Shown here: piece by piece, positions 36,601 to 44,749 of the stretch
How the letters are laid out: each line of letters begins with the position of its first letter
How positions within the stretch are numbered: the first letter of the stretch is position 1
From: Bryobacterales bacterium
GTDB taxonomy: Bacteria > Acidobacteriota > Terriglobia > Bryobacterales > UBA6623
Reading direction: 5' to 3'
Length of the DNA stretch: 64,000 nt
NCBI GenBank assembly: GCA_965219605.1
Contig: CBDCOC010000004.1
Location: 28,000-91,999 of the forward strand
Translations under genes and position numbers: made by a program
Notes under the pieces: model-generated
What the model saw: only the letters and a program-made list of their open reading frames with translations
Told to the model about the DNA's origin: nothing
Database searches by the model: none

Positions 36601-38628
36601 CTGCAATGCCAGCAGCCGCCGCAGGTCGCGCTCGGCTTGCTTCCGGAACGCCGGCAGCAGTTCTCGCCCGCGCCTGCCCAGCTCCGAGTCCGCGTCCAGC
36701 CCGGCCAGTTCCTCGCGCGGCAGCAGGTCGTGGAAAAACTCGATGCGGTGCCCAAGGTCGTCAACCACCTTGAGCCGTGCGTCGCCGGTCGCGACGATCT
36801 TCTCGGCCTTTTCCAGCAGTCCGGCGAGATACTTCTCCTCGCCGCTGTCGCGCCATGCCCGCTCAAGGATCTCGGCCGCAAACTTGAAAACCACGTTCGG
36901 GCCGAAGTTCGAACCCTTGCCGGCGGCGTTGATGCCCTGCGGGTCGTTGGTTTGCAGCACGTAGTTAGCGGTGCGCCTCTGCTGGTAGGAGTGCAGCCTC
37001 TTGGGCTTGAAGGTGCGCTCGTGCAGCACCACATTGCGGCCGGCCACCCGGCTGCCCGCAGGCGCGTCGCCCAAATCGTTGGGGGCCAGGGACGTGTTGA
37101 CAGCGGCGTCCACGAGCTCGTTCGTCGGGCGCAGGCTCTCGTACATCGTGTTGACGAGCCTGCGGTGGTTCTGGACCGTTCCGTCCGGGCGGTAGCCATG
37201 CCGCAGGGCATCGGCGACGCCCCAGACCCCGCTCTGGGTGTGGCAGCTCATGCAGTTCTCCCCGAACAGGCTCGAGCCGTCCCGCACGCGGCGGTGGACA
37301 GCGATGTTGCGCGGGCGGTGGATCAGCCACGCATCGATCTCGGCCAGGTGGTAGTAGATGGATTGGCGCAGCGCCTGCTGCGGGTTGTCGAACGGGGCCG
37401 GCTCGGTCAGGCGCACTTCCAGCTCGTAGCCCGGCTGGTTGGCTTCCACCCGGAGGTAATACGTGCCGCCGGGATGCACGCGCCGGGTGACGAATGAGCG
37501 GAAGTTGTCGTCTTGCTGGTGGATGCGCTCGTTCACGTCGCGGCCGTCGTAATAGGTGTAAACCTGCTCCGGGCCCGGGATGACCTCGGTGTCGGGATGG
37601 ATGTAGGGCACGGCCTCGCTGTTGCCGAAGTCCTCGCGCTTGGCCGCCTCGCGGTGTTCCAGATCCCGGGCGCTGGGCGCGCCCGGCTTGTAGACCCGGA
37701 TGCGCGCGCTGACGACCGGTTCGGCCATCTGCAGGTTGGCTGTCAGTAGCTTGACCTTGTCGCCCCTGTAGACGAACCGGTACCAATCGTCGGGCGAGTT
37801 CCCGGAAGCGGCGTTGTCGAAGTACTCGAGTTCGTCGGAGCCGCCGATGACGCGCAGGACTTGGTCGGCGTTGCCCGCCGCGAAAGGCAGCGCGACAGAC
37901 TCTTCGGGAGTGTTGTTGGGCTCGGTCTCGAGCACGATGTCGCCCGCGGCCGTGAGGGGTACCGGTGTGACAGCGATACGGATTCCTAGCGCCGCTATGG
38001 CTGGTGTCGGTGCTGGCGGGGTGGCCGCAAGCCGGGCAAGGCCGCTGTCGCGATGGTATGGCGCGGAGGGCCAAGGGGCTTCGGTGATGGTCGCCAGCGC
38101 CAGTTCGTAAGGGCCGCTGCGCGGAGCCTTGTAGACCATGTACAGATCCGGGTCCAAGGCATGCAGGACCTTGGTCCAGCCGTTGGCCTCGCCCCGGACG
38201 AGGTCGCCCCGGTGCATTGGCGCATCGCTTGCGGCGGCATCTTGCGGGCCTCGCCACCGCACGGAGATGCGGCCGTTCTCGGGAAGCTTTCCCGGGCTGT
38301 TGATGCCCACCTGGATCTGCACCGCCTGCCCCTTGGCTAGCTCCCACGAGCGCGTCCATAGCCCGTCGAACGGGACGGTCTCGCCGAATGCTGTTCCGGA
38401 CAGGAGGGCGCAGAGGCATGCGGCGAGCAATTGCCGCTGGCCGCCGCGCCGGGCGCTGCGCTGCGTCCGGAAGACTTGGTTCATGGCGAGAGATTGTCCG
38501 GCAAGCGAGGAGGTGCGACAACTCCGCGCGGCGCGGCTTGCGGGTTTGCCGCCTGCCGGCCGCCCGGAGTGAATTCCTGCAAAGCGCATTTTCCTGCCAA
38601 TCGCCGCGCAGCGGAGCGGTTGGCACAT
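33700..38628 (-). CDS. Very large secreted multidomain protein with two c-haem motifs, HEAT-like and prenyltransferase/terpene-cyclase-like repeats. The likely start is Met ~38487.
   Basis: 1642 aa. The signal peptide is QRQLLAACLCALLSGTAFG. Haem motifs are CMSCH and CISCH. QQEDGSWGFDLG is a squalene-cyclase-like repeat. The C-terminal block RACISCHGVPG..LHDVESSKFLRKPL resembles Planctomycete cytochrome C-type domains. Confidence 0.55.
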   Translation of the reverse strand: MCQPLRCAAIGRKMRFAGIHSGRPAGGKPASRAARSCRTSSLAGQSLAMNQVFRTQRSARRGGQRQLLAACLCALLSGTAFGETVPFDGLWTRSWELAKGQAVQIQVGINSPGKLPENGRISVRWRGPQDAAASDAPMHRGDLVRGEANGWTKVLHALDPDLYMVYKAPRSGPYELALATITEAPWPSAPYHRDSGLARLAATPPAPTPAIAALGIRIAVTPVPLTAAGDIVLETEPNNTPEESVALPFAAGNADQVLRVIGGSDELEYFDNAASGNSPDDWYRFVYRGDKVKLLTANLQMAEPVVSARIRVYKPGAPSARDLEHREAAKREDFGNSEAVPYIHPDTEVIPGPEQVYTYYDGRDVNERIHQQDDNFRSFVTRRVHPGGTYYLRVEANQPGYELEVRLTEPAPFDNPQQALRQSIYYHLAEIDAWLIHRPRNIAVHRRVRDGSSLFGENCMSCHTQSGVWGVADALRHGYRPDGTVQNHRRLVNTMYESLRPTNELVDAAVNTSLAPNDLGDAPAGSRVAGRNVVLHERTFKPKRLHSYQQRRTANYVLQTNDPQGINAAGKGSNFGPNVVFKFAAEILERAWRDSGEEKYLAGLLEKAEKIVATGDARLKVVDDLGHRIEFFHDLLPREELAGLDADSELGRRGRELLPAFRKQAERDLRRLLALQQEDGSWGFDLGVHDQAADSWQRIDEDGDPAPTAVSLIALRAAGHGPDSPPVRRAVQWLLGKQFEYGLWNRSAQTGFVTNAYVIRALSRLFPGDARPFERSEFEPQPGESPLQRLSRARALQATGRADFADLMIDASADEMPQVRYYGYLGIGGALAASGIPALVAGLSDPVKACREAAFWSLRQLLLDDQGWPAALAAYRGGDERARQSVLQALTMRADLAGPGSRVDRNELASLLAAAMRDPFPGVRAYAFKSAWRQWVWNPPLRQRINRAWVSALLRPERNGHVENAMRYSTASMLIVNGQIANQTGRDNRAQQYRELEDLYQMLAAARSREGIRRDRLEQRLAAVAATHFEERGGDGGPGQLGYSTPGATELIGDILLNVYQTRSDDGQVPWRSIALQGAANVNSAPLQGHLLQLLQGDDLEQVAAAAKALSNPSALRLRGDAGTIRPLLAKLDAFLAAGRQADAEALVRFLSRVRWQFGEGEDSAETEREFFRLLVPAGRQPPIAAATHLLGRPAPGARGRSAAQGGRAALLGKVLGDNPTLHRRSAFDHVGGDALFWLPSTEWMLRYQETGPTLEEAVKGATEGEDLEVLDLTGGRTTKQLVPDGLASLNTVLWWREGLPGNELTFGVHAPAAGRYELVAAFLHDREMGIVQPFLNGEGIGGAIDLYRAQLTALGPVSLGVHEFREGRNRLTFRMVGASDEAEPNYIFGLDYLKIEPGEIAGSLFTTDELGVDVIDPIKEAKDRLIGMFTAWFAADSPESVRKQAIALANKTALRRHPEVLRALAAWIEHEPSPVYRNRIQNILNSDDKIYGKRLREIISEGSRGQPGSAVRPLSDTDEWIADIIHFRDYVFTEMTRIDPRDNRACISCHGVPGRVPTLYLEAPDAAGYIPPEALLGNYRRMQERVDLHDVESSKFLRKPLNIQSGEEDGHQGGVRYEASDRGYGVIREWVLKQAELQRGG

Positions 38629-38752
38629 TATAAGTGCGCAGACCCGGACAAGGAGCCGAGCCCTCCGGGCGAGCGCGCGGACAGGCGCGAGTGGCGGGGA
38701 AGGGGCGGCCGAGCCGGGCCGATGCGCCAGCCCGGCCGCTCGCCAAGAGGGG

Positions 38753-39763
38753 CTAGCGGCTCCCGCCTAGCTTGGCGGAGATGTCGGCAGCAATCTGGGC
38801 GCCGTGGAAGCGGCCGTTCTCGATGAATATCTCGTTGGTGTGCATGCCCGCCACGATCACGCCGGCAAGGTAGACGCCGCTCCGGTCGCTTTCGAGAGTC
38901 TTCGGATCGGTGCGCGGTTTCCGTGCCCGCTCGTCAAAGACGATGCCGAGACTGGCTAGGAACTCCGTGTCCGGCTGATAGCCGGTCATCGCCAAGACGA
39001 AGTCGTTCTTGATCGACACAGGGCCCTCCGGGGTGTCGAGGTGCAGCTTGTCCGGCTCGATGCGCGCCACCGAGCTGCCGAGGTAGGCGCGAATTTCGCC
39101 GTGCTTGATGCGATTGGAGATGTCGGGCAGGATCCAGTACTTGATCTTGGGGCTGAGTTCCGTATGGCGGTGGACCAGAGTGACGCGGGCGCCCGCTCTG
39201 TAGCACTCCAGCGCGCAAATCGCGGCCGAGTTCTGGCCGCCGATCACCGCTACGTCGCAGCCGAAGAACGGGTGCGGCTCGTGATAGTAGTGATGCACCT
39301 TGTCCAAGTCTTCGCCGGGCACCCCCATGAGGACCGGAATGTCGTAGAACCCGGTGGCGAGGATCACCTTGCGAGCCGAGTACGCGCGGTCTTCGCCGAG
39401 GCGGTTCGTGCTGGCGACCGAGAATGCGCCGTCAGCGCCGGTCACCGCATGGACCTGCTCGTATTGCTGGATATCCAGCCGGTAGTGGCTGGCAACCCGC
39501 CGGTAGTATTTCAGCGCCTCGCCGCGCGTCGGCTTCTCGCGCACCGCGGTCATCGGGATGTCGCCGATCTCGAGCAGTTCCGGCGTGGTGAAGAAGGTCA
39601 GGTTGGTCGGGTACTTGTACAGCGAATTGACGACGCAGCCCTTCTCGATCGTCTTGACCGTGAAACCGGCCCGCTGGGCCTCGATGGCGCACGCCAGCCC
39701 GGTGGGGCCTGCGCCGACGACGATGACATCCGCGGATGCGCCTGCCGAACAGTCTGCCAACAC
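38753..39763 (-). CDS. YpdA-like FAD/NAD(P)-dependent pyridine nucleotide-disulfide oxidoreductase
   Basis: 336 aa. The FAD motif is DVIVVGAGPTGLACA and a second Rossmann motif is DVAVIGGQNSAAICA. Length and spacing fit TIGR04018. Confidence 0.7.
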   Translation of the reverse strand: MLADCSAGASADVIVVGAGPTGLACAIEAQRAGFTVKTIEKGCVVNSLYKYPTNLTFFTTPELLEIGDIPMTAVREKPTRGEALKYYRRVASHYRLDIQQYEQVHAVTGADGAFSVASTNRLGEDRAYSARKVILATGFYDIPVLMGVPGEDLDKVHHYYHEPHPFFGCDVAVIGGQNSAAICALECYRAGARVTLVHRHTELSPKIKYWILPDISNRIKHGEIRAYLGSSVARIEPDKLHLDTPEGPVSIKNDFVLAMTGYQPDTEFLASLGIVFDERARKPRTDPKTLESDRSGVYLAGVIVAGMHTNEIFIENGRFHGAQIAADISAKLGGSR

Positions 39764-39818
39764 TCAGTATAGGAATGGCTGCGGAGGCATCCGTCCCCCG
39801 CCGCTCGCCCGTGATTGC

Positions 39819-41414
39819 TCACGGCCCGAATGCGCGCTTGATGTAGCGCGCGTACTCCGGCCGGTCGCGCCACTCGTCGACATAGCGCGCGTAGCCGTCT
39901 TGCGTCATCCACCAGCGCGGCTCCGTCTCTTTGCGGTCAAAGTCGCCAGCGGGGTAATCGGCGCCGTCGGCGCTGGCTTGGACCGATGCGTTCCAAGCTT
40001 CCACCGCTGCCCGCAACCGGGCCGCCTCGCCGGGCCGGTCGGACGAGATATCGGCGGTCTCTCCCGGGTCGGCGGACAAGTCGAACACTTGGTAGGGCGC
40101 CTCGTCGGCGCTGTTGCGGACGATCTTGAGATGATTGTCGATCAACGCGATCCGCCCGCCGTGGCGGAATCCGATCGCTTGCTCGCGCCGGCCGGGTTCG
40201 CCCTCGAACAGGGGCCGCAAGTCGATGCCGTCCTGCGGCTGCAACGCTGCCTCTGGCGGCAGGCCGGCGATGGCCGCGACCGTGGGGAAGATATCCATCG
40301 TGACGCTCGGGAACTTCGTGACACGGGGTTGCCGGATGCCTTCCGGCCACTCGATAATCGCCGGAACCCGAATGCCGCCCTCGTGCAGGCTGCCCTTGAA
40401 GCCGCGCAGCCCCGCGACCGTTCCCGGCTCGATTTTGGGCAGCCCGCCGTTATCGCTGGTGAACCAAAGCACGGTGCGGCGCTCGATCTGCAACTCGCGC
40501 AAGCCGGAGCGCAGGGTGCCGATGCTGCGATCCATCGCGGCCAGTTCGCCGTAGTGGTGCCGGGAGTTTTTATCCAAGCCGGCGAAAGGGGCGCGGTCTT
40601 CCGCGGAGGCGATCCACGGGGAATGCGGGGAGCCGTACCAGATCACCGCGAAGAATGGGTTGGAGCGCTCGACCTGCCGCCGGATGAATCCCAGCGCCTC
40701 GGCAACGATCACCTCGGAAGAATCTCCTCGGTGCTGCACGAAGAGACCTTCGCGGCTCATCAGCGGATCCCGTTCGAAGAAGTTCGTCACCGACAGCCAT
40801 GTGTCGAACCCGAACACTCCCGGGTGGTGCGTGTCGTCCGCCAGGACCGGCACGCCGGGGCCCCGCAATCCGTTGAGGTGCCACTTGCCGAAGTGAGCGG
40901 TGGCGTAGCCGGCTTCGTTCAGCGCCCGCGCGATTGTCCGCTCCTGGCGCCGCAGCGCGAAGCCGTGGTCTTGCACGCCTGTGCGGTCATTGGTCCGGCC
41001 CGTCATGACGGTGGCGCGCGTGGGCGAGCAATTCGGCGCACCCGCGTAGAAGCGGTCGAACCGCAAGCCGGCCGCAGCCATGGCGTCAAGCTGCGGTGTT
41101 TGCAGGACAGGGTGGCGGTAGTAGCCGGTTTGGCCCCAGCCCATGTCGTCGGCCATCACTAGCACGAAGTTGGGCCGCGGATCGGCCGCTTGCTCGGGCG
41201 CGGCGCACCCCGAGATGCTGAGCATGGACAGGGCCAAGCTGGCCGCTCGGCAGGTTTGATAGGGTTGTGGCCGGAATCGCATGGGGGCTTCGATTCTAGC
41301 AACGGGCGGATCCGCTGCATCTGCTGCCGGGCATGGCGTCCGGGATCTCTGCTTCGATGCGCGGAGCATTCGCTTGAGGTCTGCAAAACCTTTATTCGTG
41401 GGTTCGATTCCCAC
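39819..41414 (-). CDS. Arylsulfatase family protein; the probable true start is Met ~41285 (lipoprotein-like signal LSISGC)
   Basis: Formylglycine motif CSPTRATVMTGR. Sulfatase metal-ligand blocks DDMGWG and GKWHLNG are present. Confidence 0.8.
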   Translation of the reverse strand: MGIEPTNKGFADLKRMLRASKQRSRTPCPAADAADPPVARIEAPMRFRPQPYQTCRAASLALSMLSISGCAAPEQAADPRPNFVLVMADDMGWGQTGYYRHPVLQTPQLDAMAAAGLRFDRFYAGAPNCSPTRATVMTGRTNDRTGVQDHGFALRRQERTIARALNEAGYATAHFGKWHLNGLRGPGVPVLADDTHHPGVFGFDTWLSVTNFFERDPLMSREGLFVQHRGDSSEVIVAEALGFIRRQVERSNPFFAVIWYGSPHSPWIASAEDRAPFAGLDKNSRHHYGELAAMDRSIGTLRSGLRELQIERRTVLWFTSDNGGLPKIEPGTVAGLRGFKGSLHEGGIRVPAIIEWPEGIRQPRVTKFPSVTMDIFPTVAAIAGLPPEAALQPQDGIDLRPLFEGEPGRREQAIGFRHGGRIALIDNHLKIVRNSADEAPYQVFDLSADPGETADISSDRPGEAARLRAAVEAWNASVQASADGADYPAGDFDRKETEPRWWMTQDGYARYVDEWRDRPEYARYIKRAFGP

Positions 41415-41422
41415 CCGCGCCT
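41397..41422 (+). other. tRNA 3'-end fragment: T-arm GTGGGTTCGATTCCCAC plus 3' acceptor strand CCGCGCC, with no complete tRNA
   Basis: A canonical GGTTCGATTCC T-loop with a 5-bp stem. Only a partial 5' acceptor (tGCGCGG at 41358) sits 65 nt upstream, too close for a full cloverleaf. This is interpreted as an att-site-like remnant. Confidence 0.5.
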
Positions 41423-41916
41423 CTAGGCTCTAACCCCGTGATTTGGCTATAACTACTTTTTCAATTACTTGAAGGTTCATCTCCTTGGCAAATGCGCGGA
41501 TCAGTTCGGAGCAAACTGGATTACTCCGGGGCAGTTCGGAGCGTAGGGTGGGTCCCAAAGTGGATCCCGGCGATGGCTTCTCCTTCGTCTAGTGCCTGCC
41601 AGCAGACTGTAGTCCCGTAATTCCGCGTTGGGCGGACTTCACGGGTGTACCTTATTGTCTGCAAGTCCGGCGATCAGTGCTCGCCTGTCGTTCATGTCAG
41701 CCATTCTGAAGCCGCATGGACGGAGTCGCCCGCGACAGCGTCGGCTGCACGGAGTTTGTCGTACTGCTGTCGGTGCGTACAAGGATAGGATTTGACCCAT
41801 CCCGACGACGCGCTGAGCTACATTTCTAGGCCAGCTAGCTCATCGAGCGTGCATCACGGGGTGTCTTCCAGTGCCCGGGCATGGTACCGTCAGGGGATTT
41901 ATCGTATGTCTTAGCT

Positions 41917-42156
41917 AGTGCTTGCGACAAAAGCATCCATGTCGTTGTATTCAAAACGGTTGCGTGCAATCGACGCAGGCGAAGATTAGGCGGGCAGCGG
42001 TCCGTTGGCTCGGATCCGGCCCATTAGCTGCGATCTTCGCCTGGCGGCAACCCACTACATACCGTGCAGCCTGCTCCAACAAGTCTTTACTTTGTTGACC
42101 AATCGGCCCGTCTTGCTAGTGGAGAACGGATTTTAGGGGGTTTTGTCGCAGGCACT
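41917..42156. mobile_element. MITE-like element, copy b (240 bp), ending ~30 bp upstream of the higB start
   Basis: TIR AGTGCTTGCGACAAAA ... TTTTGTCGCAGGCACT. The flanking duplication is AGCT or TAGCTA. Confidence 0.7.
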
Positions 42157-42186
42157 AGCTAGCCTCCCCTGTACATCTAGGAAATG

Positions 42187-42478
42187 GTGTGATCTGCTCG
42201 ATCCGACATGCCGGGCTAACGCGCCTGTTGGAGCGATAAGACGGCAGCAAACTGCCCCAGCAGCATCTCGGCCGGATCCGCAGGGCCTTGCAGCTTCTCG
42301 ACGCCGCCAGCCAGCCCGCCGATCTTTGCGGGGCGATGCGCGCCAAGCCACTCAGCGTTGGCCCCTGAGCCGGATACTGGTCGCTTCGAGTCACTGGAAA
42401 CCGGCGGATCGTTTTCCGTTTCGAGGAGGGTGCCGTCCACGATGTTGATTTCGTGGACTACCATGGGAAGCGCAAGCG
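42187..42478 (+). pseudogene. higB: higB-like RelE/ParE-family toxin gene with two in-frame stops (TAA near 42235 and TGA at 42361)
   Basis: The single-frame translation V/M-ICSIRHAGLTRLLER*DGSKLPQQHLGRIRRALQLLDAASQPADLCGAMRAKPLSVGP*AGYWSLRVTGNRRIVFRFEEGAVHDVDFVDYH is collinear with HigB (IKSFRHKGLKLLFEKGDSSGIRADHVKRLRLILARLDAASEVRDLNAPGNRLHKLKGDLAGHWSIRVSGNWRITFRFEDGDVEVVDYLDYH). Confidence 0.7.
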
Positions 42479-42494
42479 GCGATAGGAGGCCGGC

Positions 42495-42764
42495 ATGGGA
42501 CCGATGCAGAACTTAGAGCACCCCGGCGCGGTGATGCGCGAGTGGTGGCTGGAGGGGGCCGACCCCGCCGAAGCCGCCGACAGACTCGGTGTCGATCCCG
42601 GCACGCTGCAGCGTGTTCTCGACGGACGATGTGGCATCTCGCCGGAACTCGCCGCACTGTTGGAGGCCGGGGGATGGTCTACCGCCTCCTACTGGTTGCG
42701 GCTGCAAGCCGCGTACGACCGCGAGCAACTGTGGGAGCACAAAGCCGCGACTGCGGCCGCCTGA
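42495..42764 (+). CDS. higA: HigA-family HTH antitoxin
   Basis: LEHPGAVMREWWLEG..AADRLGVDPGTLQRVLDGRCGISPELAALLEAGGWSTASYWLRLQAAYD matches HigA/VapI (HPGEILREEFLEP...LAERLGVSRQTISELVNGKRAITPDMALRLSRFFGTTPEFWLNLQ). The true start may be Met 42534. Confidence 0.75.
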   Translation: MGPMQNLEHPGAVMREWWLEGADPAEAADRLGVDPGTLQRVLDGRCGISPELAALLEAGGWSTASYWLRLQAAYDREQLWEHKAATAAA

Positions 42765-42960
42765 TTCTGGTCTAGTCTGGGACGCGGCACGAGAGAAAGA
42801 GCCTCGGAGCTATCTGAAGTCTGCCCAACGCGGAATTGCGAGACGTAAGCATTCAGTGTGGTAGTGGTTGCGGACAGGTAGAGCAACCGAATGCGTTAAT
42901 TGCGCACGTTCGGATCTGTGGGGAGAGAGGCTCGGCAACGACCTCTCCTACCCGGCGTAT

Positions 42961-43189
42961 CTAACGGCAAGCACCACAAGGTCGCCCTCGTGGCTGTCAT
43001 GCGCCGCTTGGCCGGCCTGCTCGACACTCTCTTGCGAGAAGATCGCCTGTGGCAGCCCGAACCGCACTGCCGAGGTTGTCGTATGAACTGCCTGCTCCTC
43101 ACTGCCCGGCGCTCTACGCCAAGCCCCCTCGCCTGCCACTGGTGGCCTCTTTTCCCGCCCCTGCCGCTTGACTTGCAACACGGAAGCTC
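42961..43189 (+). mobile_element. IS110-family 3' remnant: last ~229 bp including the transposase C-terminus and right end
   Basis: ~90% nucleotide identity to 5600-5844. It encodes KVALVAVMRRLAGLLDTLLREDRLW and ends in ...TTGACTTGCAACACGGAAGCTC. Confidence 0.75.
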
Positions 43190-43325
43190 AGAATGACTCA
43201 TTTTTATCCGTTTACGACAACTGTTCGAAAGACCGAGCGTTAGCCCTGCTGAATCATGTAAACTTGCTTGCAGTGCAAGCATCCAACCGCTTGGACAGAT
43301 CCTGCACCATCGGGAGATATCGCCA

Positions 43326-43571
43326 ATGGCGAGTATTACGATCCGCAATGTCGACGATGACTTGAAAACGCGCCTGAGGGTACGCGCAGCCGAGCACCGC
43401 CGTTCCACGGAAGAGGAGGTTAGAGTCATCCTGCGCGACACTGTGGGTGGAGGACGGGCGGCCCCTAGGGATCTAGTGAAGTTCACCTGCGAATGCTTCG
43501 CGTCTCTCGGCGGCGTCGAACTCGAACTTCCCCCGCGCGGCCCGATGCGCGAGCCTCCGGAATTTTCCTGA
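43326..43571 (+). CDS. vapB: VapB/FitA-like ribbon-helix-helix antitoxin
   Basis: MASITIRNVDDDLKTRLRVRAAEHRRSTEEEVRVILRD is the classic antitoxin N-terminus. A PIN-toxin gene follows after a 10-nt gap. Confidence 0.8.
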   Translation: MASITIRNVDDDLKTRLRVRAAEHRRSTEEEVRVILRDTVGGGRAAPRDLVKFTCECFASLGGVELELPPRGPMREPPEFS

Positions 43572-43581
43572 GCATCCCCCC

Positions 43582-44034
43582 ATGCTCGTCTCGGACACGA
43601 ACGTCGCGTCCGAACTCATGCGACCCGAACCGACGCCCTCGGTTGCGGCGTGGATCGCTGACCGCGACGAGGAGGATCTGTATCTGACAGCGGTCAGCGA
43701 AGCAGAACTGCTCTATGGCGTTGCGATCATGCCGACGGGCAGACGACGATATGCGCTGGAGGCCGCCATGAGTCGATGGCTCGACCTAGGCTTCGCCGAT
43801 CGGATTCTGCCGTTCGACAGCTCCTCCGCCCGAGCTTACGCAGAAATTGCATCCCGCCGCCGCCATGCGGGTCGGCCGATAGGAGAAGCCGACTGCCAAA
43901 TCGCTGCCATTTCCCGCTCGCACGGTGCTGTGCCGGTGACACGCAACGTCCGCGATTTTGAGGACACAGGCGTCGATGTTGTCGACCCTTGGACGCTACC
44001 GCGTCAGGATTCCCTTGGGAATCTGGGTGTCTAG
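43582..44034 (+). CDS. vapC: VapC PIN-domain ribonuclease toxin (FitB-like)
   Basis: LVSDTNVASEL...TAVSEAELLYG...DSSSARAYAEI...DCQIAAISRSHGAVPVTRNVRDF shows the conserved acidic PIN residues D5, E41, D97 and D115 with equivalent spacing. Confidence 0.85.
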   Translation: MLVSDTNVASELMRPEPTPSVAAWIADRDEEDLYLTAVSEAELLYGVAIMPTGRRRYALEAAMSRWLDLGFADRILPFDSSSARAYAEIASRRRHAGRPIGEADCQIAAISRSHGAVPVTRNVRDFEDTGVDVVDPWTLPRQDSLGNLGV

Positions 44035-44416
44035 TCAGTCAGCAGGAAAGGCTGCTCAGGGTCCTGCGGCGGAGTGCGCAGTTCTCTGTTGGTCCAGCTG
44101 CCAGGGGATGCGCCGAGCAAGCGCCGGGCTGTAGCGCACAGGGGAGGTGTCACGCGAGCAGCGTACCGTGCCCAGAGCGAGCAGTCCGAAGCACTCGAAC
44201 TCGCTGGCGGTATAGAAGCGACCGTTGTGGTTCTAGCTGCGCAGGTAGGGGGCTGGAGTCGCGGAACGGAGGGGGATGGCCCGGGAAGCCTGGCCAAGGG
44301 CTGTTGCGCTGGGAGTCGCCTGACCGCGGAGAGGCCAGCCAGCACGGGCAAGAGCAATTCCGGCGCACGCCGGGGGCACGATGATAGGGTGCGCGCTTCA
44401 GCTGCAGAAGGTACAT

Positions 44417-44640
44417 AGTGCGTGCGACAAAAGCATCCATGTCATTGTATTCAAAACGGTTGCGGGCAATCGACGCAGGCGGAAATTAGGCGGGCGGCGG
44501 TCCGTTCGCACGGATCTGGCCCATTGCTGCGATCTTCGCCTGGCAGCAACCCACTGCATGTCGCGCAGCCTGCTCCAACAAGTCTTCACTTTGTTCACCA
44601 ATCGGCCCGTTTTGCTGGTGGAGAACGGATATTTCTGGGG
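44417..44640. mobile_element. MITE-like element, copy c, 3'-truncated (right TIR missing)
   Basis: The left TIR is AGTGCGTGCGACAAAAGCATCC. The internal sequence is collinear with copies a and b up to ~44630. Confidence 0.6.
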
Positions 44641-44749
44641 GAGAGATCCTCCGCGCACAGGCAAGAACTGGCCGAAGAAAGCCGGAAAGTATGGGTTCAA
44701 CCCTCAAAAAATGAGACTGTATGCGAACTCTGTAGTGATTGAAGTCGTT

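Noticed and set aside
36175-38746. 440-aa and 593-aa ORFs (36175..37497 +, 36965..38746 -) inside the giant haem-protein gene
   Set aside because: Alternate-frame or antisense ORFs with low-complexity composition. The 1642-aa frame has coherent domain signals.
41358-41422. Complete tRNA gene
   Set aside because: Only 65 nt lie between the candidate 5' acceptor and the discriminator. Only 33 nt are available for the D arm, anticodon arm and variable loop, so no cloverleaf fits. It is treated as a 3' fragment.
42361-42363. TGA in higB as selenocysteine or programmed readthrough
   Set aside because: A second, different stop (TAA) lies upstream in the same frame. No SECIS-like structure is evident. 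Pseudogenisation is the more economical explanation.
44035-44400. Structured ncRNA (RNase P RNA, SRP RNA or tmRNA) in the unassigned segment between vapC and MITE c
   Set aside because: I looked for conserved cores (GGAAAGTCCGG for RNase P; the SRP domain IV motif) and did not see them. It is left unassigned.
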